Positions 50,851-63,838 of a stretch of 64,000 nt of DNA are shown here, one piece after another. The translations under genes and the position numbers were made by a program. A model generated the notes under the pieces. The model made no database searches, was not told the DNA's origin, and saw only the letters and a program-made list of their open reading frames with translations. Source of the DNA: Negaprion brevirostris (Eukaryota); contig JARDVH010000031.1 of NCBI GenBank assembly GCA_030324005.1, positions 51,996,501-52,060,500 of the forward strand, written 5' to 3'. How positions within the stretch are numbered: position 1 is the stretch's first letter; every line of letters starts with the position of its first letter.

Positions 50851-52589
50851 GATTACGCTTCGGCTCCAATCTGTGCCATTAATGTTTAGCTCTGGAAATT
50901 TAATTGGCAGGATTGACTAGTCTTGGGAGGATAAGATTGTTGCTGTGGCAACTGGCTTCCCCTTTTGGTTGATCAGGCACAGCGGATTCTCAAGAAGACT
51001 GCAATTAGTATGACCAGCACTTCTCTAAATGGCAGCCTCATTCTCCCAAGTCACAAGAGCAGAGCAGTTGATCTCCCTTTCATGAGGCAAATCTGTCCTT
51101 ATCAACAGCTCTTCCTGACAGTCACACTTGACTGAGAAGTGGTTTTATACTTCCATGCTACTAAACCTATTTGGACTGACACTCTTGCCCGAATGTGGGT
51201 TCCAGGCACACAGTAGTTGCTCTTCCCCAAGTGAGAGGATCTTCATGCCTCATGGGGCAGGAAAGCAGCCCATTACTGAGACCCCCACTCTGCCTAGCTT
51301 CTTACAAATCTGAAACCAAGGACTTCATAGTTGCCCCCAGTACTGCCCAACTACTTTCAGGGTCCCTTCAAGGAAGGGCACCCAGTTTGGACACAAGCCC
51401 TGGATGGAGGGCATGGGAAGTGTTGCCTGTCTACCAGCCACAAAGCCCCCATAGAGCAAGAGGCGACCCAGCAGGGAGGAAAGATCAAGACTGCAAGGTA
51501 CCCTCTCCTCAAAAGACTGTCACAGTGACGCCCACCCCAAGGTGAACTTACCTGTGTCCCCTGAGCACTGGGCACCCTGAAGGGTGATGGCTGCATGAGC
51601 ACTCACCTCTGACATCTCCGTCGGAGGTCAGCCCACCAGATTCACATTAATACAGATCCAGTCATGGCAGCATCCAGTGAGTATTTAGTATGGGGGGTAT
51701 GTCATGGCTGAGTGCTTGATAATGATATGCTAATGTATTAAAATGAGATTCCCAGACTCCTGCGACATTTAAAATTATTCTGCCGGGATGCTGAAAATCA
51801 GAAATCGCGATCTCACCGGTGAAATTTGGGTTTTCCCAATTCTCTCCAGATTTTGTGGCTGCACTGCTGATTCCGCGCAGATCGTTGGTGTACAAAACTC
51901 CCCCCCACATTTTTCACAAATACTCCATGAATTGCCAGCACAATGTCAATGCTGTGCTAGGAATTTATGTTAATTACTCATGTCTTTACCCTTACAAAAT
52001 TGCAGTCAGGTGTAGGATAGCTTTGCACTGAGAGACAAATATTCCTGATACGTGAATGAGAAACATAAGTTCCAACAGAATTCCATTGCTTACAAGATTG
52101 CTTCTGTTAGATCGTACAATTTTTCAGTTAAGACGCCACATCGGAGCTGCAGTAATTGCTTCCTGATCAGCAACAATGTGTCCAAATTGTGGACGGGTTA
52201 TTTCATCAGAGTTCTACCGCTGCTTGTTATTTAGTATCAATGCTGGAAACACAGATGGATAGACATTGGACAAGAACAGTACTGGATTTGGCTGCATCAA
52301 CACATCATCTTGGCTAAAATAAATAATGAACACTTTAGTCAGATACCAGAGAGAGCCAACTGCATGGAACTACTCTCAGCATGGAATCGATGCAAGAACA
52401 AAAAAAGGGAAAATAAATGCTTCTGACCAGTAATAGAAGCCTTCCTTCAATAATTTGTCATCAGTAACTATTAGAAAAAATCCCCTCATATTGATCGTCT
52501 ATTCCCTAATTGGTCCCTTTACATATCCCAGAAAATAAAATGCATTCCATATAAACTTGTGTCCAAGCTATTTCTTCCAACTTAGTTTA

Positions 52590-52950
52590 GAGAAACATTG
52601 AAATCCCACAGTATTGTATTATCTTCATTATATGTTCTTTTAATTCCCTGATAAATACTCTGTACAATGCTTCATTGATATCAGGGGACTTATAAACTAC
52701 TTCCAGTGTTTTCAGCTCTTTGCTATTCCTTAGATCTGCCGGTATTGATTCTACATTCTGATTTTCCAGACTAAGATCCTCTCTCTCTACTACTTTTATT
52801 TCGTCCTTATCAGGATTACCCTAACTTATTTTCCATCCTTTTCTAAAAGTTAAATATCCTGGAATATTTAGTTCTCAACCATATCTCAATGGTGGCTACT
52901 TGGTCAAAGCCATTTATCCCCATTGGTGTCATTAATTCAGCTATCTTGCT
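52590..52950 (-). mobile_element. Decayed CR1-like endonuclease-region fragment
   Basis: ggggacttataaactacttccagtg...gctattccttag...attgattctaca pattern. Confidence 0.4.
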
Positions 52951-53437
52951 TTGAATTTTTTTTAAAATTGTTTCCAGATAATTAGCACAATATTCAATTG
53001 ACTTCCAAATGTTTATGAAAATAAATTACAGCAATCAAGAGATTGCAGTGATTTGATAAAATAAATTTACAGTCAGTGGTAAACACTGGATGGAGAGAAT
53101 TTAAGTGATCTGAAATAGGATCTACAGTTATGAAATTGATACAAGCTTGAAATTCCTGTTGATACAAATAGAACGTGTGGAAAAATGAAGAGCAAAAGTT
53201 GTCTAGAACAACAGCATGAAACAGATGAAAACAAATCAGCAGCTTGTTTTATTCACCATCTGACTTCCCTTCCATTAACTTCAATAGAAAGGAAGATTAG
53301 CCAAACGGCAAAACAGGTTTTGGATTCATTACCATCTGTTTTGCTCTCTTGTCTAACATGAACTTCAACCTCTACATTTCATAAAAAAGACCTCCATTCA
53401 AAATATATTAATAAAGTTCATTCATATAAAATCCAAC

Positions 53438-54065
53438 CTGATTGACTATCAGAATCTTCCTCATCATCATCATCATCATCTTCTTCTTCTTCCTCTTCAT
53501 TGGACTCATCAGAATCTTTGCTACTTGGAACATCAGAGTCATTCCCTCTAAAATGATCAGCCAAAGAGTGGGTAGAATGATGTTGATGCTGGATAGGTGC
53601 AGTGATCTTAACACTCATTGATTTGTCTTTTGGAGAATTCTGGGATAATACAGGAGAGGTAGAATGTCGAACTGGTGTCACATGATTGCTGGAATGATTC
53701 TTCAAATTAGAACCCAGGGAAAGTGGTGAAATGGATGTAGTGCTACCAGAGTTTGTAACTACTTTGTCAGTATTCTTAATTTGGATTCTAGATTTGGTCG
53801 TAAGTGCCAAAGGGGCTTCCTGAATGACACTTTGAATTACCCCGTTAGGTTGCTGCTGTGCTACAAGTGCACTTATTATCAAGGGATTAGATTGGTTACC
53901 ATCAACTGGAGGCAGCTTCTGGTGTGCTGGTGAACTAACAGCAGATTTCGGACTAGACAAAGGGGTCTGGAAGCTCTTGTTACCACCTGCTGCTGCCTTC
54001 TTCTGGGCCTTGTACTGCTCTTGTTGTTTCTTTAATTGTGCTGGAAATGACTGCTTAAATAATTC
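53438..54065 (-). CDS. BAZ2B: BAZ2B exon (628 nt): ELFKQSFPAQLKKQ...QPNGVIQSVIQEAPLALTTK...FRGNDSDVPSSKDSDESNEEEE...DSQS
   Basis: tgtacag acceptor, CAG|gttgga donor, phase 0-1; contains a PLALT (CtBP-binding-like) motif. Confidence 0.96.
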
Positions 54066-54914
54066 CTGTACATAAAATGGAATAGTGAATTAACAAGCAG
54101 GAGTAAAATGTTGACTAGAATAAAAACAATGCAAGCCAAAAACAATATACAAACACTTATGACAACAATGATGAATTTTATTTGCTTGTCATTTTAGTGA
54201 GTCTATTATCTTTCTGGTTTCACTTCACTACCTAGTGCATTTGCAATAATTTCAAAATAGAAACTATAATGCTACTTTTCTGAAAGCACACTACTGGTGA
54301 AGAACTTTGCTCACACTGAACCCATGCTGCAAATTACAGGTGTGACTTCTACATAATCCTAGGACCAACAGATAAGCATTTGTAAAATCAGCCCAAACAA
54401 ATACAAAAAATTTTCATTAGGATCCAGTGTAGAAGCATAGCTGTACATTTTATAAAGACCAGAGCTACATTAAGGTCAGGTTTTTAAAAACAGATGTATA
54501 GCCAAGGCAGGAGCCTAAACAATATAACTCAATAGTTGGTCCAAAGATCAATGCTCATTGCTATTAAAATAATATATTTTCATTGGTCTTCAAGACCTCC
54601 ACTTATTGGTCACAGCCCGATATTAAAAATCACCAAGTACAGACAATATGAATTAAAGCAAATATCAGATGGTGCAAATTTATGTAAAGCATTACAAGAG
54701 CTGTTATCGGTATGTCTGAATCATAAAGATGGTATTTGACAGACCTCCAAGATTTTGTGGGAGGGAGGAAGGCAGATTTGGCTCTGTATGTTTAAGAAAA
54801 ACATTTTTAAAGTTGTCTCTTTGTAAAGGTAAACTTACAGAACAAATGTAGATTAGTTCTGGTGCAATGGTTTAAGCTCTTTCAAACACGGCTGTGAAGG
54901 ATTTACATTATCTT

Positions 54915-55228
54915 AGAATCCTACAGTGCAGAAACAGGCCCTTCGGCCCATCGAGTATGCACCAAACACAATCCCACCCAGGCCCTACCTCCATATCCCT
55001 ACATATTATACCCACTAATCTCTCTAACCTACACATCCCTAGACACTAAGGGGCAATTTCTTAGCATGGCCAATCAACCTAACCTGCACACGTTTGGACT
55101 GTGGGTGGAAGCCGGGGTACCCGGAAGAAACCCACACAGACATGAGGAGACTGTGCAAACTCCACACAGACAGTGACCCGAGCCAGGAATCGAACCCAGG
55201 ACCCTGGAGCTGTGAAGCAGCAGTGCTA
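54915..55228 (-). mobile_element. HE1-type SINE (5' end runs into an N gap)
   Basis: B box gggttcgattcc, V-domain and tail on the reverse strand. Confidence 0.92.
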
Positions 55229-55544
55229 NNNNNNNNNNNNNNNNNNNNNNNNNNNNNNNNNNNNNNNNNNNNNNNNNNNNNNNNNNNNNNNNNNNNNNNN
55301 NNNNNNNNNNNNNNNNNNNNNNNNNNNNTAAAAAACCTAAACCTAAAGCAAGCTCTGAATTTACAATCACTGGCATTTAAACTTCAAGCTTTGCATTGCC
55401 TGATCAACTATACCTCAAATTATCACATTTATCCTCTTGCTCCTTTAAGGTCGGTCGTGGCCAGAATTATGAGTTTTGCCGTGGTGCCTAGATTTTTCAG
55501 TTTTATGCATTCAAAATACGATAACTGAAGTTAAGTCAACTTGC

Positions 55545-55940
55545 CTGCTTCAAACGAAGATCATGTGGTGACCCCAGTTCTTCAGAAGCAGATATATTCC
55601 CTGCCTTGAGAAGTTCAGGCAAAGCACCAGTTAGTTTTGGAGAAGATTCTTTCCTTCCCTGATGGACCAAAGGCACAGGTTTCATCCCAACTGTTAGTCC
55701 TGTGGACTGAATGACACTCTGATGTTTTTTACCAGACTCATCATTTGTGTGAGAGGTCTGGAAAATGAGGGAAAGTTGTGACAAAACCGGAGGCTGTTTT
55801 TGCTGGGATTGGAATGAATGTGAAGTTTGAGATTCTGTGGCAAGATGTAGATGCTGGTTCATTCTTTTGTCATGTGAATGCATAAGGTCACGAAGAGTCT
55901 GGCTTGTTTCTTTTGGCTCCTTCGTAATGTGCATCAAGCT
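55545..55940 (-). CDS. BAZ2B: BAZ2B exon (396 nt): SLMHITKEPK...ESQTSHSFQSQQKQPPVLSQ...HQSVIQSTGL...DLRLKQ; GC donor
   Basis: gtttgcag acceptor; frame is kept only by CAG|gcaagt; phase 0-0. Confidence 0.93.
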
Positions 55941-57169
55941 CTGCAAACAAAATTTAAATTCATGAGGCAAGACCACAGGATTTTTAAACAATTAAATTTG
56001 GATCCTTTCTTCAGCTTTTTATACCATACTTGGCAATGCTAAGATTAACTTTAAAAAATGTTATATTTAATTTTTTGGGGGAAAATTAGGACACTTCCAT
56101 ACAGAAAAGAAGTAATTGCATCAGCACTTGTGTTGGAGCCAGTGGTGTAGGAAGAGATAAAGGTCCAAAGAAAGAATGAGATTGGGTCCTTGTTCCTGCC
56201 TTTATCTAGTTAATTTTTTAGAAAATCAAGCAACTGGAAGCTGACAAGAGAAAACAATTTGGTTTGCTTGTGATGCTCTGCACAGTTGAATCCTTGCTAA
56301 CAGCAATCAAGTAGGTTCATATTTTAAGAATGAGCTCTCAAAAGGTGCATATGTAAAAATCCTGGCTGGTTTATCATTTCCTGAGAAATATGAATGCAGA
56401 TTATGGCGCTCTTACTAACATTCCTCAGGCTAGTGAAGAGGATCAAATCTGTTTTAAATGGTTTAGATAGTTAAGAGAATTAATCGTTCTTTTAAGGAAC
56501 TAAATCATCAGAGTCCTTTTGTTACAAGTATGAATAAGTAGAATAGATGAGAGAGCAAGCTTGGGCCAGATGGAGAGTGATTTTATTATTCCCTTACATG
56601 CAAGTATAAATGTGTTGGTGAGATCATGGAACATCCTACTGAGTTTGCACTGTACCCTCGCTAAAGCCTCTTTCCTCATAAGTTAGATACAGACCATCAC
56701 CTCTTGGCTTTAACATCAATACCTCTTGTAGCAGAACCTAGAACTCCACTAGCTTTTCTTTTACAGCCTTAAACTGAAGCCCCATGAACCTTAAATCGAT
56801 AAGGGTACTTCAATATAAAAGATAATTTCAAGTGTTAGTTCTTTTACAAAAATATACCATCATACACCTCCTGATATGATGTTCCATTTGTCACTTTTTA
56901 ATTCATTACCCATCTTTTCAATATTTCTAAGCACAGAAAATCATCCCTCTGAAAGAGATTAGTCCCTCTGCCATGCTCTTTCCCTATAGTCCTGCAAATT
57001 TTTCCCTTTCAAATATTTATTAAATTTGAAAGTTACTAATGAATCTATTTACACCACTCTTTCAGGCAGTGCACTCCAGATCAAACTGCATAAAAATATT
57101 CTACTCATCTCCCTTCCAGTCCATTTCCTGAATTACACATTCTACTTGATTTTTTGTCATCTGATTAGG

Positions 57170-57915
57170 TCCCAGAAGGAGTACTGTGCAAATTCTGAAC
57201 ACCAGGCCTTGGAGTTGGCATAGAGCAGATTTAACAGATTGGCACTAGGGATAAAGAACATCAGTTATTTGGAAATAACTGTGCTATAACTTTTTATAGC
57301 AAAGAAAGTTAAGAAGAGATTTGCTAAAAGTTGTTCCAAACCATGGAGGGTTTGAATGGAGTTTGTAGTGGCAGAAGTGTCAATAAGAAGCCACAATTTA
57401 AGGTAACTGACATGATGGCATTGTGGCACAATGGTTAGCACTGCTGCCTCACAGCACCAGGGACCTGGGTTTGATTCCTGGCCTGGGTCACCATCTGTGC
57501 AGAGTCTGCATGTTCTCCTTATGTAGGCATGGATTTCCTCTGGGTAATCCGGTTTCCTTCCACAGTCCAAAAGATGTAAATTCTCCATTAGTGTACCCAA
57601 ACAGGCACCGGAGTGTGGCGACTAGGGGATTTTCACAATAACTTCATTGTAGTGTTAATGTAAGCTGACTTGTGACAATAATAAAAAACTTTAAATAAGA
57701 TCCATAAGCAATCTGAGGGACATCAGTTCTAATGACATGGACTGTACTGTTTGAAAGGGTGATGGAAACACATTCAAACATAACCTGGAGAAGGAAATTG
57801 GTTAGGAAAAATCTACAGGGCTATGGGCAGGAGTGAGACAAATTGGACAGGTCTTTTGCAAAGCTGGCACAGGCACAATGGGCTGAATGGCCTTCCGTGC
57901 TGCACCTTTCTATGT
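57170..57915 (+). mobile_element. Decayed CR1 3' fragment with a nested V-SINE (57415-57690)
   Basis: CR1 remnants (gagtactgtgcaaattctg; atgggctgaatggcct tail); SINE head tggcacaatggttagcactgctgcctcacagc with a different tail ending gtgacaataataaaa. Confidence 0.8.
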
Positions 57916-59189
57916 GAAAACGTTGACACCACCCCGCTCCAGGCTGATATTCTTAGCAAAAAGTAAGAATGCAGTAATAAAATATTCCTTCCCCCTGCAA
58001 TAATCTGAATTCTGCACAGTTAATTAAGATTCAAGGTAGCAATCTGAATCCTTCAGAGTAGTTACATCCCATCAGAAGGAAAACAAAATATTAAAGCAAT
58101 CCATACTCAGGCACGAGTGTCAAACATTTACCCTGTGCTATTAAAGCTACCTCTATAAGTTTTGATAATCCAGATAAACAAATTAATGCCAGAATCTTAC
58201 CAATGTTTAGGCTGGTGGGATTTTTCCATCTGGCAAGATTTTCCTATCCTGCCACAGTGAATGGAGATTTGGCTGGCTGCCAAAATCTCCGACTTCACTG
58301 CAGTGGGAGCATGGTGTGATTGGCAGGTAAGATTGTGCCCAAAGTCTTTTTTGCCACTATCTGACGGGCTCAGGATTTTACACTATATTTTAAGACTATA
58401 CTTGGACCATGTAAAGAAAGAGCAGCAGCCTGATGTGAGCATAGATTAATATGCATTGCAACAGCATTCAGGCAGAACTGACAACAGGTACAAAGTGTCA
58501 AATAGATCATATTTGTATGGCATGATTTGAATGTTTTATCTTCAGTTCTGTTAAAATGTATGCTGCCACATATTTGCATCTGTTACCTTTGACCTTCCAT
58601 GTGTATTAAAATTAATGGTTATGCTTTACAACATAACTGATTGCACTACAGTAACCTTGCTGTGGTGTATAACCAAATTGTTTGACCAATACCTAGAAGT
58701 TCTTTATCTAATTCATGATTTATCTATTTTATGACATACAGCCATTTCAATTGATCTTCACAAACTTTCAGCAGGTTATCATATGGAATTTATGTTAAGA
58801 CACATTTTTGTGCAAAACTGAACCAAACAAAATGAAACCACAAAAGGTGAAATGAGAAACAGAAAACTGTAGCAAAACAATTTTCTTAAAAAAATTGTTA
58901 AAGTCAATTGAGCACAACTTATCAAAAAGAACATTAGCAAGCTTAGGCAAATAATTAATGAAATGCATTGACTGTCTTTTGAAAAGCAGCCACTGTTGGA
59001 GGGGAGGGGTGGAAAGAATGAAAGTCAATGCAAATGTAAATCCAAGCTGGTGAAAGGCAAAATGAATGTTTCAGCACAGATTAACAAAAATACTAATTAC
59101 ATAAGTACAAAGTTGATCAAAGAATAATCAGAATAAAATATTGCACACCTACTTAAGGACTCAACAATTTGTTGGGTTTTTAATTTTAC

Positions 59190-59450
59190 CTTTGTCTTCT
59201 TCGCATGTGGAGCTTCAGTTTCGGAATCTGAATCACCCTCTTCACTATCTTCTTCACCAATACTATGATCATCATCCTCCTCCTCCTCATCGTCGTCATC
59301 ATCGTCGTCATCATCGTCGTCGTCATCATCATCATCATCATCAAAATCGTCAGAATCACTGCTGCTCAAACCTTCACTGGAAGAGTCTGATGACGTGCCA
59401 GATTCGCTTTCACTATTGCTGGAGCTTTCAATTGCTTTCTTTCTGGGTTT
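59190..59450 (-). CDS. BAZ2B: BAZ2B exon (261 nt): KPRKKAIESSSNSESESGTSSDSSSEGLSSSDSDDF-D18-E4-D3-HS...AKKTK
   Basis: ttttaatag acceptor, AAG|gtaaaa donor, phase 0-0. Confidence 0.96.
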
Positions 59451-60859
59451 CTATTAAAAGTTTTGCAATTTGAGGAATTGTACAAGATATTTCCCTTCAG
59501 CAATCCAAATACTTGATGTTAAAAATATAAAACTACCCCATCTTTATCTTCCCACGTATCATGGCACAGTTGCAGCTGAACACATAAGGTGGAAACAATC
59601 TGCTCGAAAACTAAAGCATTATCATTTTTGACTGAAATATTTTTCAAATTAATCGCTCCAGCCTGGAGAGCAGCAGCCCAAATGAACACTCAGGACACAT
59701 GCACTGTAGCAAGTATTCCGGATGCAAAATTACTTCTACTTCACGGCAAAACAGATTCAGACATTTGAGAACAGCACCTAAAAAAAAGCCCTCAAGATTC
59801 TAGACCTTATGAGGATGAGGAGCAGCAGCCAGGAATTGCAGACTGCCCTATTCTTAACCAATATCAACAGCACAAGATGCACAGAAAAGCTGGGGGGTTT
59901 TTTTTCAGAATGTATTTAGTTGTAGCTAATGCCAAATGTGTATCTTTTTGCTGAGTAAGAATTTTTCACATTTTACATCAATCTTTTTGATGCCTCCAAA
60001 TGACACCGGAAAAGAAATACCATCAAGGCTAAGTTATCTGCCAGAGAATTATTTTCACAACAAATGAGATAACTTATCCAAAACTAATGTCACTTAGTGG
60101 CCAATATAACTAACCTAAAACATGTTTAATATTGTGGGTTTCTCATTAAATATAGCTCCATTTTCTCATTGAACTATGATAAGTCATTACTTGGAAATGA
60201 AAAGTTGTCACTATTGGTTTTAAAAGTTAAATAATGATTTAAACTGCATTATGAGTAAACCATCTTTATTACCTCTGGGATATCACTAGTGTGAGACTTT
60301 TAAAAAAAATACATTGTCAAAGTTCTGGCCTATCTGAAAATTATGAAACTAGAAAAAAAATCATGCAACCTTTAAATACTTCAGCTAAAGATGTAGCCAG
60401 AGCTTAACTATGCTGATACAAATTTCAAAAGATTGGCAAACACTGAAAAAAATCCCCCCAAAAAGGAGCATCACAGTTCTCAGGAGTTAATTGCAAGGCA
60501 GTGCAAACTTCAAGCTGTCTGCTAATTTGAATGTTATTAGTATGCAGTCCACACACTGTCAAACTTGTGCAAGATTAGTATCTCCTAAGACCAGTCTGCA
60601 CCTCTAAGGGGAGGTTCATTCTGGCTGCAACTGTTGCTGGATGTGGCTGGAAAAGACACTGATCTGCAAGAGTAAAAGTGGCACAACATAGAAAAGGAAT
60701 GCTCCAAGATTATCTGACACAGTGCTGGAAGTGGACAGGATAACAGAGATCCTCTACCCACAAAGAGTCAGAAGGCCCTCCAGGCAGACACTGAGAAAGT
60801 AATGGGAGCAGATAGCCATCACTGTCAATGCAAGCAATCTAACATCGAGAACCTAGATG

Positions 60860-61110
60860 CAATGCAGGAAGACTTTCATAAAGCTTTCAACAACGTCTCA
60901 CATAGCAGATTACTATGTAAAATTAAAGCGCATGAGATTGCAGGTAGTATCTTGAGATGGATAGAAAGTTGGTTAGCAGGCAGAAAAGGCTTGGAATAAA
61001 TGCGTCTTTTAGCAAATGGCAGGCAGTGACTAGTGGGGTACCACAAGCACCTGTGCTAGGACCCCTCCTGTTCACAATATATATTAATGATTTGGATGAG
61101 GGAACTAAAT
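60860..61110 (+). mobile_element. CR1-type RT fragment, followed by antisense CR1 3' fragments at ~61140-61590
   Basis: DFHKAFNNVSHSRLL..IKAH; WQAVTSGVPQAPVLGPLLFTIYINDLDEG. Confidence 0.85.
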
Positions 61111-61934
61111 ATATTATCATCTCAAAATCATGTGAGCAGCAGCAACTTACCTACCTAATCCCAATTACCAGCACTTGATCTTTTGTCTTTAGTATTATGG
61201 TGTGCCAAGTGTTCATAAGGATGTGAGGCAACCTGCTTCTACTTCCTTCCAGGCAATATATTGCAGACCATCACATCCTTCTGGGTAAAAAAGGTTTGCC
61301 TCACATTGCCCTTAAAACTCCCTCTGACCTTGAATTTGTGTACCCCACCCCCCAACTGACCCTTTAAATGAGGGCTCCCTATCCACCCTGTCACCTCGAT
61401 ATGGCCATTTGTCAATCAGGTTCATGCCTGGTATCATTAGGACATATAAAAAAAGAGCAAGAATAGGCCATTTCGCCCCTTGAGATTCAACAAGATCATG
61501 GCAGGTAAAGTTGAGGCCTTGCTTGCACCCATAACGCTCAAGTCCCTCATCAATCAAAACCTGTCTAACTCAGCCTTGAATATATTCGATGATTGTGCAT
61601 GCTTTTTAAGAGAGAGCTAGCGAAAGCACCAAGGTCAAAATGGTCACACTTACCTCAAAACACCACTACACACTGATTGATAATCTAATAACTCCACATA
61701 GTTGAGGTGTACATTCCAAATGTCTGCACTAACACCCTTATCAAAATGACACCCAGAACATATACCATTATAGTAGCAAAACTGTACCCAGAATGCCAAA
61801 CCGACAGCTGCCACAGAAGTGAATTATTAAGCCAAAAGTTACTAGCTTGGCCACAACAGTGAGCCTTTGCTATTATTGAAATAAAAGTCACTGTAAACAA
61901 AATTTTACAGGACATAAAATAAAACACTACATAC

Positions 61935-62119
61935 TTTCTCTTTTAGCTTGTCTGCTCGAGTTTCTGGATGCTTATTTTGTTCAAGAATGCACTTGCGTCC
62001 CTTTCCAGAACCTGTCATTTTAGCTTGCCCTGATGAAATCATTCCAATGGTAGCAAGCCCCGACGTGCTGACTCCTGACACTGCTGTAATGCTGTTACCA
62101 TTCAGTGACCCATTCATAC
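61935..62119 (-). CDS. BAZ2B: BAZ2B exon (185 nt): (G)MNGSLNGNSITAVSGVSTS...RADKLKEK
   Basis: ttttgaag acceptor, AAA|gtatgt donor, phase 1-0. Confidence 0.93.
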
Positions 62120-62999
62120 CTTCAAAAGAAAATGCATACTGTGAAAAGGTATTCCAACACTATTTGTCAAACAACTGTTTGTATAAGTGAAGCAAGGATG
62201 CCCAAACGTTTTTTTTTGTTCTTGGCTACAGTATTGTGGAGAAACAAAGGTTTTGCATGAAACACTAATCAGATACATTTTGTCTCTATTATCTAAGCTT
62301 TTTGAATAATTTTAGGTATAAAATTAATGTTTCCAAGAATTAAGGGCCTTAATTTTCAGATGTGTGTGTATGCATTTGCCAGAGAGAAAACGTTGTAAAA
62401 GTTGCTCATTTATTCACAAGTGATAGCAGAATGCAGTTCACCTTAGCATAGCTGAGGGGGATAAGAAACACATTTTATACTAGTATTAATTTTATACTAA
62501 TATATTAATAATAGTAGAATTGCGCTGGGTAAACTATTGTGTACTACAACCCCACTTCTGCAACGCAGCAGTTGCATGGCATCTTGTCCGCAGCACACAC
62601 AAGAAAACTGGCCACCCAACCTCAACCAATAAATGTGGTGGCCCAGTTTCCATAGGTTATTTCGGGTTAAAAAGGAATAATACCAACATGGAGCGCCTCA
62701 TTGAGGCTTACAACATTAGGAAATGCTTTCTTAAAGGGAAACTTGATTGTGCTGCCATGCACCTGCACCATTTAGAACATAGAACAGGCCCTTCGGCCCA
62801 CGATGTTGCGCCGACCAATTAANNNNNNNNNNNNNNNNNNNNNNNNNNNNNNNNNNNNNNNNNNNNNNNNNNNNNNNNNNNNNNNNNNNNNNNNNNNNNN
62901 NNNNNNNNNNNNNNNNNNNNNNCCACGGACCTCTTAAACGCCCCCAAACTAGGCGCATCTACAACTGCAGCAGGCAGGGCATTCCATTCCCTCACCACC

Positions 63000-63645
63000 T
63001 TTTGTCCTTTAAAGTCACAGGCTTTGGATATCCTTCTGAAAAACCTTCGTCAAGCAGCTACAGTGCATTTTGTAGATAGTATACGCTGGAGTCACAGAAT
63101 GCCATAGTGGTGGGAATGATGTTTAGGTTAGAAAATGAGGTGCTCATTGCTGTTTCCTGGATGGTATCCACAGCATGCATGTAGCAGGTGCAGTCAATGG
63201 TAACTTCCTGAATATAAAGGCAAGTAGTAATGCTGTCCTCTGTTGGCGATCTCCATTGTTTGGCACTAGTGTAGCATACATATTTCTAGCCACATATTAA
63301 CCCAAGCTTGAATGTTTTCTAGTTCTTGCTGCAAGCAAGCATAGGCTGTTTCATTAGCTGAGGAATTGTAGATGGAATTAAATGTTGTATAATCATTAAC
63401 AAACATCACCATCTCTGTTCTTATAATGAATGGCAGGAAGATAATTGATGAAGCAGCTGAAGATGGGTGTGTCTTAGAGGCAGCTATATCCTGGAACTAA
63501 GATGAAAGGTATTACTCCAGACACTGGAGAGTTTTCCCGCATAATCAGAACAACCAATTTTACTGCAACTTCTCAGTGCCACACGTGTTCCACTGGTGCT
63601 TTGATGTCAAGGGCCATCACTTTCATCTCACCTTGTACTTCAGCT
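63000..63645 (-). mobile_element. Decayed LINE RT fragment
   Basis: ttgatgaagcagctgaagatg and tttgatgtcaagggc remnants (reverse of LDIK / IFSCFIN-like motifs). Confidence 0.55.
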
Positions 63646-63838
63646 TTTATCAATTGACAATGAGTTACAGCCAAGATAATAATACTGTAGCCATATATTC
63701 AGGTGCTCAGAAGGCATAAGTCAGAAGTGGGAACTGCATTTTATTAATTTACTGAAATCCAAACTACATATTTAAAGAACTGTTTAGGATTTATAAAACT
63801 CTTCAGACGGTTCATAAGTATAGTTTGCTAACACTCAC

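Larger units (their letters stand above)
46246..51907. mobile_element. Decayed PIF/Harbinger DNA transposon with convergent Myb/SANT-like (+) and DDE transposase (-) genes
   Basis: Both hallmark genes are recognisable; GC-rich island; G-rich left end and C-rich right end with degenerate inverted subterminal motifs (aaatctgagaagaatt versus aattctctccagatttt); ends approximate. Confidence 0.8.

Noticed and set aside
15325-57690. tRNA-like A/B-box sequences
   Set aside because: They are heads of HE1/V-SINEs followed by the V-domain, not tRNA genes.
59141-59473. His/Arg/Pro-rich plus-strand ORF
   Set aside because: It is the antisense reading of the GAT/GAC/GAG acidic tract in a BAZ2B exon.
1631-62958. 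Many ORF-track entries containing X runs
   Set aside because: They are open only because they cross N gaps.
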